Below, in pieces: positions 12,865 to 23,640 of a stretch of 64,000 nt of DNA (position 1 is its first letter; each line of letters starts with the position of its first letter). The translations under genes were made by a program, and so were the position numbers. The DNA lies in NCBI GenBank assembly GCA_030141605.1, contig JAQGDQ010000273.1, positions 62,001 to 126,000 on the forward strand. Direction: 5' to 3'. This DNA comes from Tubiluchus corallicola. Lineage: Eukaryota > Animalia > Priapulida. Under the pieces are notes generated by a model. The model was not told the origin of the DNA, searched no databases, and saw only the letters and a list, made by a program, of their open reading frames with translations.

Positions 12865-15102
12865 CTCGTCTCACTGCCTCTGTTTTTCTCTTTTTTCTCT
12901 CGTTCTCTTAATTCGCAATTTTTTGGATTCTACTATGATGCCAGTGCAAGAGCAATAACTACTAACTTGGGACTAATAAATTTTGAGTATTACTTCGTAA
13001 GTGCACTTACAGCTTGTATACTTAGTCTAGGTTTAACAATTGTGAAAACTGTATCTGTAAAAGTATTATCAGTAGCGACGCAAGGTTTACCTCCGACATT
13101 AGAAGTATGTGGTGTAAGATTTAGTAAGACAGTAATCATAGCCTAAATCTATAGCATCTACATATAGGGTGATTTACGTTTTTAGCGCCCATGCTTGGAT
13201 ATGTTTGTTATTTATTATCGCTAGTGAAAATTGTAATTTTTATGCATTTATTTATTTTGCAATTTTTGTGTGAATTTAGTGTAATTATTGTTTGTTTGGT
13301 ATTTGATATAAACATTATGTTTGAAATAAACGTCAAATCTCTCTCTTTATGTCTCGCACTGGCTTTCAATGTACCGCCTTATAACACAGCAGGAAATCAA
13401 CGCTGTAATTAAATCTGTAATTAACACTATTTCTTACATGGGCAGCTCAAAAGATTCACCTTAGTGAAGTCACGTATGAAGTCCTACTGAAGACTGGAGC
13501 GTACATAATGGAACCTCGAGGAGAGGTCTCAATAAAGGTATGTAGGGAGCATTTACCTTAATGGCTATTAAAAATCCAGTCCTGTCTGACTAATTTTCTC
13601 TCCTCTCCATTAAATAGTTCTGTTGTTATGTTCAATGATGTCAGGATGATGTGAAAGACAAGAGTAATAAAGCAATGTAGTTATCTAAGTAGATTTGACA
13701 GAGTATCTGTATATAAACCTTGACAAGCAACTATAATGTCAAAACAGTAATCAGCAAATGCGATCGGCTAGATTTAATTTGCAGTCTAGGAATATTTTTG
13801 CTCTCACGTGAATTAAATGTTATGAGGCTTCTATTTTGTATGCTCACATTTGTTTTGTAAAAAATGTATTAGCATAGTTATTATTTCCCTTTAATTATAT
13901 TTTAAGTCTGATTTACGGGTAGAGTCATTTGCTAAATCCCTGCTAAAAGCTCCTATCACTATCAAATTAATTAAAAAGCATGAAGACACAGTTGACAGAA
14001 AGATCAAGGAAAGCCTTCTGATCTCCTCTTCGAATACTTGTAACAGCGGATGGTCGTTGTAGGTTTATTAGGAAGAAAGCTATTTGAGTAGAAGTTCTTT
14101 GAATTTGGCGTCAATAATTTTAATCTTTGATTATCATGTTTTTGGCTATATATTCTTGAGAAGGAAGTAATGCTGAAATATTGATATAAAAAAGAAAAAA
14201 TACACTAGATTTTACAGCAACAAGCGTGATTATTTATTTATTTACACGGTATAGATCAGAATGAAAATTGCAGGAGCAGTCCAGCTAGTTAAAGGAAAGG
14301 ACTAATCAATTAGCATGCTGGGTTTATTTTACATTATCACTTAAACGTAGAGAAATAAATTGGCAAAAAACTATCTATAAAGCATAAAATTAATTTCTAC
14401 TACTGCTAAATAGAAATTATCAGTCGCGGTGGTAGCCGCCATTCACTTGAAAATTATGGTACAACTGGTGGACTTAGTGACTTATCATAAGCGCATCCTG
14501 GCTTTCCCGTAAGCGCGCACTGCTTAAACTAATTCAGACTTCTGCAGCTTACCTAATTTTCATGCAAAATATCACAAAATTAGCCATCTAATTTTTTGGT
14601 AAAAACTTATCATACTTTTGACGGAAATTGACAGTGCAGTGCTTTTCTTCAATTGACGAACGACCTCATTGGTGGAAAAATGAGCGTTCAAAATAGAAAC
14701 ACGCTAGGATGAAATGATCGTGACTTTAAAGTGATTTTACTAATTACACGGTGCGCTTATCACACTTTTATTACTAAATCTTTCGAACATTTTTCGCGAA
14801 CATCGAAATGTCTAACTTCCCAAAAGGCTTGGCCTTTTGTTTACAGCGGGGAGTGTTCACTTGAAACGATTTGCAATGATCAAAAGAAACGTGACGTTTC
14901 TTCTTTTCTCTGACCGTTTTTCACTTTTTGTTCATTATTCGACTGTAATAGAGAGCCTTTTCGATATCACTAATCAAGAAATCTTGATATAGGCTAGTTT
15001 TGATGAAAAACTAATTTTGTTTTTGTTTCCCAGGGAAAAGGAGTTATGAAGACGTATTGGCTAGTGAGATGTAGCTCTTTTGCTGTAGATAATAAGAAAT
15101 AG
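2388..15102 (+). CDS. Membrane guanylyl cyclase, NIT-GC-like (probable NIT domain - TM - signalling helix - class III cyclase); 5'-partial, 5 exons in window
   Basis: Exons 2388-3092, 4844-5002, 12317-12415, 13446-13537 and 15034-15102 splice in frame. Motifs: [52 protein letters not shown]|[18 protein letters not shown]|[45 protein letters not shown]|[10 protein letters not shown]. The Glu of VETIG and the Cys of RYCLFG indicate GTP specificity. [13 protein letters not shown] resembles the C-terminal part of NIT domains. Upstream exons were not found in the window. Confidence 0.92.
4844..5002 (+). CDS. Guanylyl cyclase exon ([10 protein letters not shown]...VRIGVHS)
   Basis: Boundaries acacag|GTGAC and TCAG|gtactc; overlaps ORF 4855..5037. 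Confidence 0.92.
5275..5600 (-). mobile_element. 3'-terminal fragment of an L2/CR1-group LINE
   Basis: Minus strand reads [38 protein letters not shown], matching the WNxLP...FKxxLKTxLF end of L2/CR1 ORF2. It is followed by a gcgctctacaaataaattatcattatcat tail. Boundaries approximate. Confidence 0.65.
7073..7175. repeat. (CT)n microsatellite; a degenerate (GAAT/GAGT)n tract follows to ~7400
   Basis: Directly visible. Confidence 0.95.
8330..8810. repeat. Diverged ~140-bp tandem repeat, 3-4 units
   Basis: gtcatgaaa(c/t)tttataggaatat...gcatcaa(c/t)tgacag recurs at ~8474 and ~8614; weaker units at ~8335 and ~8750. Confidence 0.6.
10098..10320. repeat. Diverged ~115-bp tandem duplication
   Basis: gtggcagtaat..gtgctaatag.taccaattaac.tttta.ta..a.ttaattga occurs at 10134 and 10249. 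Confidence 0.75.
12317..12415 (+). CDS. Guanylyl cyclase exon ([32 protein letters not shown])
   Basis: Boundaries tttttgcag|GA and GAAG|gtgagt; canonical cyclase catalytic motif. Confidence 0.93.
12808..12872. repeat. (CT)n microsatellite
   Basis: Directly visible. Confidence 0.9.
13446..13537 (+). CDS. Guanylyl cyclase exon ([31 protein letters not shown])
   Basis: Boundaries ggcag|CT and AAG|gtatgt; phases match the flanking exons. Confidence 0.9.
15034..15102 (+). CDS. Guanylyl cyclase terminal coding exon ([22 protein letters not shown])
   Basis: Acceptor tttgtttcccag|GGA; TAG at 15100-15102. Confidence 0.9.
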   Translation, partial: GKGVMKTYWLVRCSSFAVDNKK

Positions 15103-15220
15103 TGACGAGCATACCACAGTTATTCTTCAGAGAGTTCATATGGCTCTGTAAAAGGAACAGGTTTTAGGTTTACAGGATCACGTATCTGCGTGTTATTGTT
15201 GTTCTGCATTTTTGTTGCTC

Positions 15221-15226
15221 AATAAA
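15221..15226 (+). terminator. Candidate polyadenylation signal of the guanylyl cyclase gene
   Basis: AATAAA about 120 nt after the stop codon, followed by T/GT-rich sequence. Confidence 0.45.
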
Positions 15227-17126
15227 CGTTATTTTGTAAATGTTATACTGTAGCAAATCTTAACTCATTTACCATAGTGATTACAACATGCCATTGTCAT
15301 AACACACTCGTTTGGCTGTTATTTTTACATGTGAAAGTTACTACTTCGTCGATATCGCTCCAATGAGTTTTTGCGTGTTATAACTAGGCGTATATATGTG
15401 TAGGCCTATATATTTTTTGACATGACAGTACATTATAATGCTCTAGTTGTCATACTGAATAATAGTGATAGATTAGCTGAGTTTATCTGTGAAGAATAAA
15501 CTTTACGCGTATACAGTTGTTGCTTACGTTGTGTTTTTAGAATTTCTGTTATGTAACTGTATACGTACGCGATATATATTTCATTACATTACGAGTCCAT
15601 TAAAGGAGTGCGCCAATGGATAATTTACTTAACTTGCATTTGGTTAACTTTCGATAGATGCTTTCTATGATAAATTTTTGAATGTAATAAATTCGTTAAA
15701 GCGTCTGATTGATTGATGACTTGAATAAATAATTGAGAAGAACGATGAATAAAAAACAAAAAGTAAACGATATCGGTCGTCTAAATTTATAGTGATAATT
15801 TTAATTCTAAAAGCTGCATTTTGGAAAAAATGTACGTAAACTTCTCCTTGGTAGCTCTTATATTTGAAATCAAATTCTTACCATGTGAGTCATTTACCAA
15901 AAGCAGTACAGTTTCAGGCTATATACTAGCTCAGGAAGTGAAAGATCCTGGTTCGAAGAGTGTAACTAACTTAGAGATTTTGCTATCTTTGGCAAATGAA
16001 ATGAACCCATAAGTAAACACGAGGAAGGGCAATGAACTGAGCAGGAGCAAAGCCATACTGAAACACAAATGCTGACAAAAATTTCTTTCAACAAAAGAAC
16101 AAAGCAAGAAGACTATGAAACTCACAAAGATTCATTCAACCTGGCTTCTACGTGATTCTCTCCACGTGGTCAGGTGCGCTGCCATTGTGATTACAGAAAT
16201 TAAGCTAGGACTGCTATCCATTTTTATTTAGAAAAATGTTATGAATGTTCGAAGCACTACGTGGGAACTGCGTACACCATTAACCATTGACCATAGGCGG
16301 GTGGGCAGCATTAGTATTGGATGGCCTAGCAGTCAGGCGGCGCTGCTCGAACTCTTTAACTGAGGTCACCGTTCACCAAACCGTTGTCCAAACTCTGTCC
16401 AAGTGTCTACACTGCAAGTTTCATGACCCTGGCCTTCTGTGTTTCCGATGTAATGTAAATAAAAAGTGGATGCCCAAGAAAAACATAAACAATAACAATA
16501 ATAAGAAGTCACTGTATGGGTTCTCTTCGATCCGCGTTGGTCGCGAATAAAAATTACACCTGTTAAATTGAGTTCCTGTTTTCCCACTACTCCACAAGGA
16601 GCCCTGTTTTGAGGCTGCTTAAGCCTTGTGCAATGACCTTTACAGCACTACTTCAAAAAAGTTGTGAAATTGCAAAATACCTATATTCATGTTTGCGCTA
16701 AATCGATAGACGTCTATGATCGTAGTGATTGCTAATTAATTCCTAATGAACCTGTAGTCAACACTATTAGGAACTACAATCTCCTAATATATATTGGGCT
16801 TCATTGCTGTTTCTACACTAGAATAGTTTGAGTTTGCTTAGGTTGAATAAATTAGCTTAAAACTCAATAATGAACATTTCAGCAAGCCAAAATGGTGATC
16901 TGTAATTACTAGAATGATGCAGCTAAGCATAAATAATTTTATTACTACTTAATTGCGCAGTTATGTATTTATTTGTCGGCAAGGTGTGCCCAACGAAAGC
17001 TCTTCTGCCCCAAATAGCACACCGGAAATGACATTATACGATCAGATATCGTCTACCATGAGCGATAAATTCTTTACCGTACGATAAGATATTATTAGTT
17101 GCTCTGATATCATTCAAACTAAAGTT

Positions 17127-17444
17127 TTATCCTTTTGTAAGATTAGTCATTTGTCCTAAGACGTTTTTAATGTCTTCAGCAGTGCCACCTTGTGGTCGAA
17201 ATTGTAGTAATAAAACAATGTATGTTAAAAACAGACCAGCAATCTGAAAGGAAAAGATAAAACCAATTTTTATTTATTTGGCATTTATAATATTTAGTAC
17301 TAATCCTTTTTATTCTGAATCTAATGAGAACAATTTTATAAAAAAATCTGTAAAGTTTAACCATGTCACATTTAAATCACAAAAATACGTGTCCGCTCCA
17401 GGGCTTGAGGAGACTCACTGTCTGTCTGTCTGTCTGTCTCTCTC

Positions 17445-17488
<44 letters not shown>

Positions 17489-20191
17489 ACTGCCACTGTT
17501 TTTCTCTTTCTCTCTATACCGTTCTTATTATAGCGGTCGTCACGAAATTTCGGGATAAAATGTGCGACAATGAATGTGAAATGCAGCAAGCCGGAATGCA
17601 GTAATCAACGCAATTTCTACTGAAATTAGATTGTCTGACCGAAATCTGATTCGTTATCAAGGCAGTATCTAAAGGGCGAGTCACAGAACCAGTAGAGTTG
17701 ACTCAACCACGTTCTCCCCCTACGTCCCTTACGAGGTAAACAGCCAGAATCAGCATGACAAATGAAACTTCTCAGAACGAGAATCGACGTAGTTCACCTA
17801 TCCATTCACAGACCGACCTCGAATGCCATTCTTAGCTACGGCCGACGCTAAAACCGCTTGGTCTTACACCTCACAATTTTTGTTACGTTAAAATTTTATC
17901 ATATGATATGTAATACTGTATATAGTTTCATTAAATAATACGTTTCTATTATGTTACTTACCAACAAATTTTCGTAAAATATAAGAACTGCGTTTGCAGC
18001 GTGGTTTGGAATTGGACTGTGTAGTAAATACTGAATTTTTTATATTTACCGTTAAAAGAAAGCTTCGATCAACCACGAAAAACCCGCATCCTGTTAGACC
18101 GATTCTAGTTGCACTCAGTTTGTGTGCAAATGCTGACAGCAGATGTCGCTGAAATGCATAAAATAATTACGTTACAAGACGCACTGCTCTTGTACAATAT
18201 TCCTGAATCCCGCACATCAAAATATATACATATACCCATGTCATATACATAATATAATATATGCATAATATTATATATACATACACAATTATATATATAT
18301 ATATACACAAATGTGTGTAGAAAGCAGCTGAGTACATACAGTATTACTAACTGAGCTTAAGCGACATCAAGCTGGTAACAATTGATAAAAGCCGGTAAAA
18401 CGATTTCGAAGTGGTATTACTTGATTGCGGTCCAAAGAAATAATGTATATGCATCAGAACAGTTGTAAGAACCCTCATACGAATGCTGCCGCCATCTTGG
18501 TGCCTCACCTTGAAACGAGCTAGATTCCGGTCGTGCTACAAACATCTACATTAAGTAGTCACTGTTGTGTATGTGCTGAATTAAGGCCTTCAGGGTGCAA
18601 CTCTATACTACGCTGCGAGGCATATTGCCAAAAAACCCAGCATTATTTTTATAAAAAGCATTACAATGTCTGCTGTATCTGGTAAGGTAGGTGCAACACT
18701 TTGATATGGTTAAACCGAGTGTTAAAATTAAAATAGCAAATATTTGCAACAGAATACAATCGCTTTTTAAGATGAAAGCGAACACTTTGCCTTCCTTTTT
18801 TATCCATTCCTTCACACAATAACAATACATTTTTGACTAAAGATAACTTCGATTCGAGCTATCAAAATCAAGTGTAGCAGAGTTGTGCTTCAGTTAGGGC
18901 ATCAGTTAGGAAATCGGAGAGCGAATGCCTCATACCTGATTATGTGGCAACTCTACAGCCAGCAACATTTCTTGAACAGCCAGCAGTGGTTTATGGGCCT
19001 GTGCAAAAAATGAAAAACGAAAAACAAAAATCTTCAATAGTTATCATTGCCCCAAGTTAATCGATAACGTAACTGCTTTTACCATTAAAATACATTTTAA
19101 TATAGTGGTAATATATATAAATAAATCGAATAAAGTATTATAGTATTAATTATATCATCACACAATGAGTTCTTAAAATCAATTTTAACTTATATGGTCG
19201 CCCCAATATCGTATAGACGCATACTCACAGTAGTATTAATGTGTGCCATTGAAAGAGATGTAGCCACAAGTCCCAAAAAGCCTGCAAGAGCTTCTAGTCC
19301 GAGCCACAGCAACACTGCGACTTCAATATCATCAGGTTCTTGTACCACTTCCAGTGTCGTCAACGTTCCGCTTATGGTCAGGCAATTCAGTGCCAAAGTC
19401 ATGACGAACAACATTAACACAATTGGCGAAAAGATCAGGTCAAAATCAACAGTGACTCTGGTTAAAGTGCTGTGCCGCATAGTAAGTAACTTTAGACCAG
19501 AAAATGTTTTGGCTTCAACTGCTTGGCGAGAAAGCTTCGTGGCAACGGTGTCAAATTCGCAGGAGAGAAAATAGCAAAGACAGAACATAAGACCAACTAC
19601 GAAGAAAATTGTCATGTTAGCATGGATAGTCAATGTTAAACCAAGAGAAAGAAACAGTTTACCAAAAACTGGTAAGTTTCCTATTCCACCCATGACCTTA
19701 ACCATTGCTTCCCCGGTAAGACATCCAGTGTAAAGCAATGCAGCTGAAAAGACAACAAGAATAGTGATCATCAACGCAGGCAATAAAAAGATGGGTCCAC
19801 GAGGTCCATTTTTGGCGGTTCCCATTTCTTTACCATACACCTCCAGAAATCGAGATAACATCTGGCGTTTGGACAACAGCACAAAGATACAGATGGCTGC
19901 AAAAGATGATATTATGCCTTGAGGAAGGTCCCTAGTAAGACCAGTCTTGCCGGCTTTGTATGTAATCACCACCACAAGGCAGGTAGATGCTACATGAAGA
20001 ACAACGAACAAAAAATTAATCACTGACCACAGGACCGTTACAAAAGTGCCTTTCTTCAACTGTAACGGTAACGGCCATACACCAAGAATAGTCAAAACGG
20101 TAACAATTATTTTGATGGTCAGGTGAAGCTTGACTGATCGTTGTGATGGTTCGCACATGGCTGGTGTAATTGTAGTCTTTATCATCTCCAT
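17127..20191 (-). CDS. Gustatory receptor-like (GRL / 7TM ion channel superfamily) protein, 413 aa, 4 exons
   Basis: Exons (minus strand): 20191-19229 (321 aa, multiple TM helices); 18998-18936 (AHKPLLAVQEMLLAVELPHNQ); 18148-18050 (RHLLSAFAHKLSATRIGLTGCGFFVVDRSFLLT); 17243-17127 (IAGLFLTYIVLLLQFRPQGGTAEDIKNVLGQMTNLTKG*). All three introns are GT-AG and phase 0. The TM7 signature TYxxxxxQF and the IGLTxxGFFxxDR loop are diagnostic of GR/GRL proteins. Confidence 0.88.
17418..17486. repeat. (CTGT)n/(CT)n microsatellite in the last GRL intron
   Basis: Directly visible. Confidence 0.9.
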
Positions 20192-21482
20192 GTAATGATG
20201 GTGATCATCTCCACAGCATGCAAGTCAATTGATGGGCCTTCAGTTGTAGTCTTTATCGTCTGTCCATATATGGACTTCAAGAAGCCTAGGAAATCTGCAC
20301 CTCATAACAAGTGTTAATGCATCTTATTTCATTTATTTTATTCTGAATGTTCTATCTCACATCCACTTCCCACTAGTTTTGCGTTCTTGCTCCTTCTCTT
20401 TCGCTTTGTTTCCAATCACTAAATGCAGGGCAAGTAGCCACCTGTAAGCTCTGCAAACGTTCAAATTGTTCAGTAGCTGCCTTTGTTTGTGTAAATTGAT
20501 TATTCTTTTGTGCATATCACTCAATGTGTCCTGCTGAAAGTTTGGTGTGACAACAAGCCAGATTGTAAACATGACATTATTATAACGAAAATACACGAAC
20601 AGTACACCAGAATGTAAGCAAAATTGTCCAGGTCTACTACAGTAATACCCTAGGTATTGACCCCAGAACATGACCTAGGTAGTTAAAACAGCTCTGGCAT
20701 AGGTTTACTTCAAAAACCGTTATGCAACGAAGTTGATGCACAAACTTGATTTTTATTTGGTACAGGGTCACATATTAGCTTTTTGGTGGTCAAAAATCAT
20801 GATAACTAGCCAAATTTAGTAATAAAAATAAATGCAAATTAATACAGATATAAGGATGTAAACAACGACGCACTGACTGAATAATGCTAAATAAAAGGCA
20901 TCTAGTCAATAAATAAGAAATTCTGAATGATAGTAGATCAAATATAGTATGATAATATACGATAATATTATATGTATAGGCAAACCATGCATAATTTAAG
21001 ACAAACAAATTTTGTTAACCAAAACTTCGTGCAAATATAATGGCACTAAAGATAATAATGCAGTGGACGATGCTAAAAGAAATAAAATTTGCCAAAAAAA
21101 ATATAATTAACAATTGAGATTACGATACTAACCTGCGTAACTGAACCATGCACCATCGTGTTAGTAAACCAAAAAAATTCATGCAAATTAAACTATAGTA
21201 TAACAAAAATAAATAAAATAAAATCTTAATGCAAGCATTGTGTTAAGCTACACCATGCTGCAGATTTGCCTAAAAATGAAGAATAGCTGGCAAGTTAATT
21301 TCTTTTCACATAGGTAACATCATAGTGCAAAATTGCTTTTCATCTATACGTGCCTGATTTACTTTTTTCCTTCAGTACTGCAGAGATAACTGCCTATGCA
21401 ATAGATACGTTTGTAACAGATATTCAAAATATTTTTTGATGTGAGCCGAAAAGAAACCGCTGATGAGATTGTTATAGGCAGA

Positions 21483-22266
21483 GAATTGACGTCAAGCATA
21501 TTGGTCTATCGCTCCGCCTCCGCTGTGACGTAGCACGCCCAGCGGCATTCGGGACAGCAGCTTACGCAGAATAACAACTGTCTTTAGTAAACAACGCGAA
21601 ACAAATGTCTAATCAGCACAAAGCTGAATGTGCTTTTTCATAAACACAAATTTGCAAGGAAGCAGTTATTTTTTCACGAAATTAACACTTCCAATAGAAC
21701 ACTCATAACATTTAGAGGCTAGCAGGCTGCTATTAACTTTGAATCATTTATACCTGCTAACTCGGGCTTCAATGATCTGAAGTTACAAATTTCTTCTCAA
21801 CTCTGTTCAGGTAGACCATTTGAAGTTTGCGAACATTAAAGCAACTTCACATGGTAGGCCTAACCTTTTTAAAGTCCTTTTTAAAGTTAGTCAAATAGTT
21901 GTTTTTATCTAACTTGCAAAGACATAAACTGCGTATTTTATCGATAGCAAAACGGTTTAATCAGCAACTCAAAGACATAAGAGCTGTGCATTTCTTCCTA
22001 TAATAAACGAAACTAAACTATAATTTATTATATTACCAGTAATTCACTTGCAATTTCAATCGACAATAATAAAATCTAGAACCAGGCTAACGTTTCTCCC
22101 ATTAGCTAATGAAAAGTCGAGCATTTTTCATTACAGTATTAGATGCCGGGTAATTCGCAGCCGCAGCTAAATGTCCCGAAACAAGCGCTAATTAAGCTCT
22201 GCGGGGATTAATGTGAAAAATCTTGCACGCTGATTGGGCAGTCAACGAGATGCTTGACGTCAATTC
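21483..22266. mobile_element. Putative non-autonomous DNA transposon (MITE-like) bounded by a 17-bp inverted repeat
   Basis: gaattgacgtcaagcat at 21483-21499 and its exact reverse complement at 22250-22266. No clear TSD seen. Confidence 0.4.
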
Positions 22267-22289
22267 CACAACAGAACACCCATAAATTT

Positions 22290-23375
22290 AACAGTTCTTT
22301 GGTATATGTTATCCATAGCCGCTTGTTGAGTAGATATGCACATCAGTGATTTTAGTAAATAATTGACACACAGATCTGGCAGTAGTGAATTATTGTCTTT
22401 ATACATAAATTTTAATTACTTTATTAACTCTAATTTCTAGATATCTGGGAGTTTTAATAATCACAGTTAACGGTATAATGGAGTAACGTGATCCCTGTTT
22501 TTGCTGAATGTTGTTGCCTTAATGACTTTATTTATTTGTGACTATAAGATATTTTACTGTTGTGGGGTTTGCAGACCCCCAAGAAATGGCGCAATGTTGT
22601 AAATATGGATAAATTAGGGCATAACATGTTGTTTTTAGGTTATCAATATTCAAGTAATGTCTTTGTTTATAATATATTCCAACATGCTTATTTATTTTTG
22701 AATTAACTAATTCTAAATCTGGCTTCCAATTTAACCTTTTGTCTATATTCAAACCCAAATATTTTATTGTATGTGTTTCTTGTAATATATTATTATTATC
22801 TATAGTAGTATAAGTTGGCGGTTTAGATCTTGTGTTAGGGCCAATTAACATAAATTTAGTTTTCTTGAAACTGACTGATAATTGGTTAGCTTGCATCCAG
22901 TGGATAATTTTTATTAATTCGAGATTAGTTTTAGTTTGCAAGTTATTAATATCTTTATCTGATAAAAATAAATTAGTATCATCGGCAAATAATCTGGTAT
23001 TAAAATTTGAACAGAGTGGTAGATCGGTATGTAAAGGAGAAATAAAAGTGGCCCAAGGGTGGACCCCTGAGGTATGCCACATATCATTGTTTGATCATCA
23101 GAGTTTACATTGTTAATTGTGGTATAATGTTGTCTGTTGGTCAAGTATGACGTGATCAAATTTAGTGCTATTCCATCCATGGATACCATAATGTTCTAAT
23201 GGTCTAATTTATAAAGAAATGTGTTATGCTGCATAGTGTCAAATGCCTTGGATAGGTCTAAGAAGATACAACATGTATACAGTTTATTATCCATAATAGT
23301 TAGCAACGTGTCCACTATTTCTGCTGTAGCAAATGCAGCAAAATGATTTTTTTCCAAGTCTAATCTAAATTCGTG
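22290..23375 (-). mobile_element. Degenerate non-LTR retrotransposon (CR1/L2-group) reverse transcriptase fragment
   Basis: Frameshifted RT motifs: CIFLDLSKAFDT, GIPQGSTLGPLLFLLYI, RLFADDTNLF, KTKFMLI, IKYLGLNIDKRLNWK, YALIYPYLQHC..SWG (ORFs 22528..23082 and 22914..23189). Confidence 0.9.
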
Positions 23376-23402
23376 TAGAAGTCAACTGCATCAAAACAGT
23401 AT

Positions 23403-23640
23403 ATGTGCCATTTTTACCTGCTTTTATATATGTGCCATTTTTCCTGTGCTATTTTTTCTGATGCTATTTGAACCTACTTTTCCATTTGTCATTTTTCCTG
23501 TCCATTTTTACGTACCATTTTTCCCTGCGCTGTTTTTACCACGCACCTCCACACCACAACATTTACACCACACCATGCACACACATCACACATCACTCAC
23601 ACCACACCATCTCACCAGCACTACACCAACCACTGCTCCG
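23403..23640. repeat. Degenerate short tandem repeat (gtgccatttttacct-like) followed by a CAC-rich low-complexity tract
   Basis: Directly visible. Confidence 0.6.

Noticed and set aside
14285-14990. Possible Kolobok-like element starting ttaaagg
   Set aside because: No matching right terminus could be identified by eye.
15931-16125. Hydrophobic minus-strand ORF considered as an extra GRL exon
   Set aside because: The GRL already terminates with a complete TM7 motif and stop at 17127, and this ORF has no recognisable motif.
19194-19574. 126-aa plus-strand ORF
   Set aside because: Antisense shadow of GRL exon 1.
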